From Asterias rubens (taxonomy: Eukaryota), in NCBI RefSeq assembly GCF_902459465.1, contig NC_047062.1:22568001-22632000 (forward strand): DNA of 64,000 nucleotides, in the 5' to 3' direction. The translations under genes and the position numbers were made by a program. The notes below the pieces were generated by a model. It ran no database searches. It was not told the DNA's origin and saw only the letters and a program-made list of their open reading frames with translations. Positions 63,701 through 64,000 of the stretch are shown piece by piece (position 1 is the stretch's first letter; each line of letters opens with the position of its first letter).

Positions 63701-64000
63701 AAAGTACAGACATTCCTATTATTTTAAGAACCAATGTTATAATCCCAATAAATCCCTAATATACCATAGTCATGAATTTAAGATAATGCATCTAACTATC
63801 TAGCATGCAGGTAAAACCAGACCAAAACATGGATAATGGCACATTTTGGCATATAACCTGCTACTTAAACATCTGGGCAAAACATTACCTGAGGTAATCT
63901 GTTTACTCTTTAAGTAATACTAGCTGCATTAAATGCGTACGGTCTAAATAGAAAAGTTGGGCAAACGGTTGCCCAAAACAGCTCATTTTTAAAGCTTCAA

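Overview
AT-rich metazoan genomic DNA, mostly intronic/intergenic and densely packed with non-autonomous transposons. The repeat families resemble those I associate with sea stars, but that assignment is inference. Only one host coding exon is securely identifiable: a 115-nt minus-strand exon (20618-20732) with perfect splice sites encoding a protein kinase catalytic loop (VIHADLKPENIL, CMGC/DYRK-HIPK-like). A plausible upstream partner exon lies at 29171-29227. The only long ORFs (26572-28200, minus) are an L2/CR1-type LINE reverse transcriptase, truncated at both ends and split by one CAG>TAG stop. The rest comprises at least 13 copies of a TTAA-flanked T2/Kolobok-like MITE, several other MITE families, RTE and L2 3' relics, tRNA-derived SINE heads, Penelope-like relics and many local tandem repeats. 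Almost all short ORFs in the supplied track are repeat-derived or chance. Most worth follow-up: two decayed minimal hammerhead-ribozyme motifs in Penelope-like relics that together reconstruct a canonical core; roughly 10-fold enrichment of the palindrome TACATGTA; the orphan kinase exon; a 254-bp duplication with a synonymous-substitution signature; a repeat array carrying TGATTGACAG plus CCAAT modules; and a 70-bp-period hairpin array. I did not find a convincing, wholly new multi-gene system. No database searches could be run.
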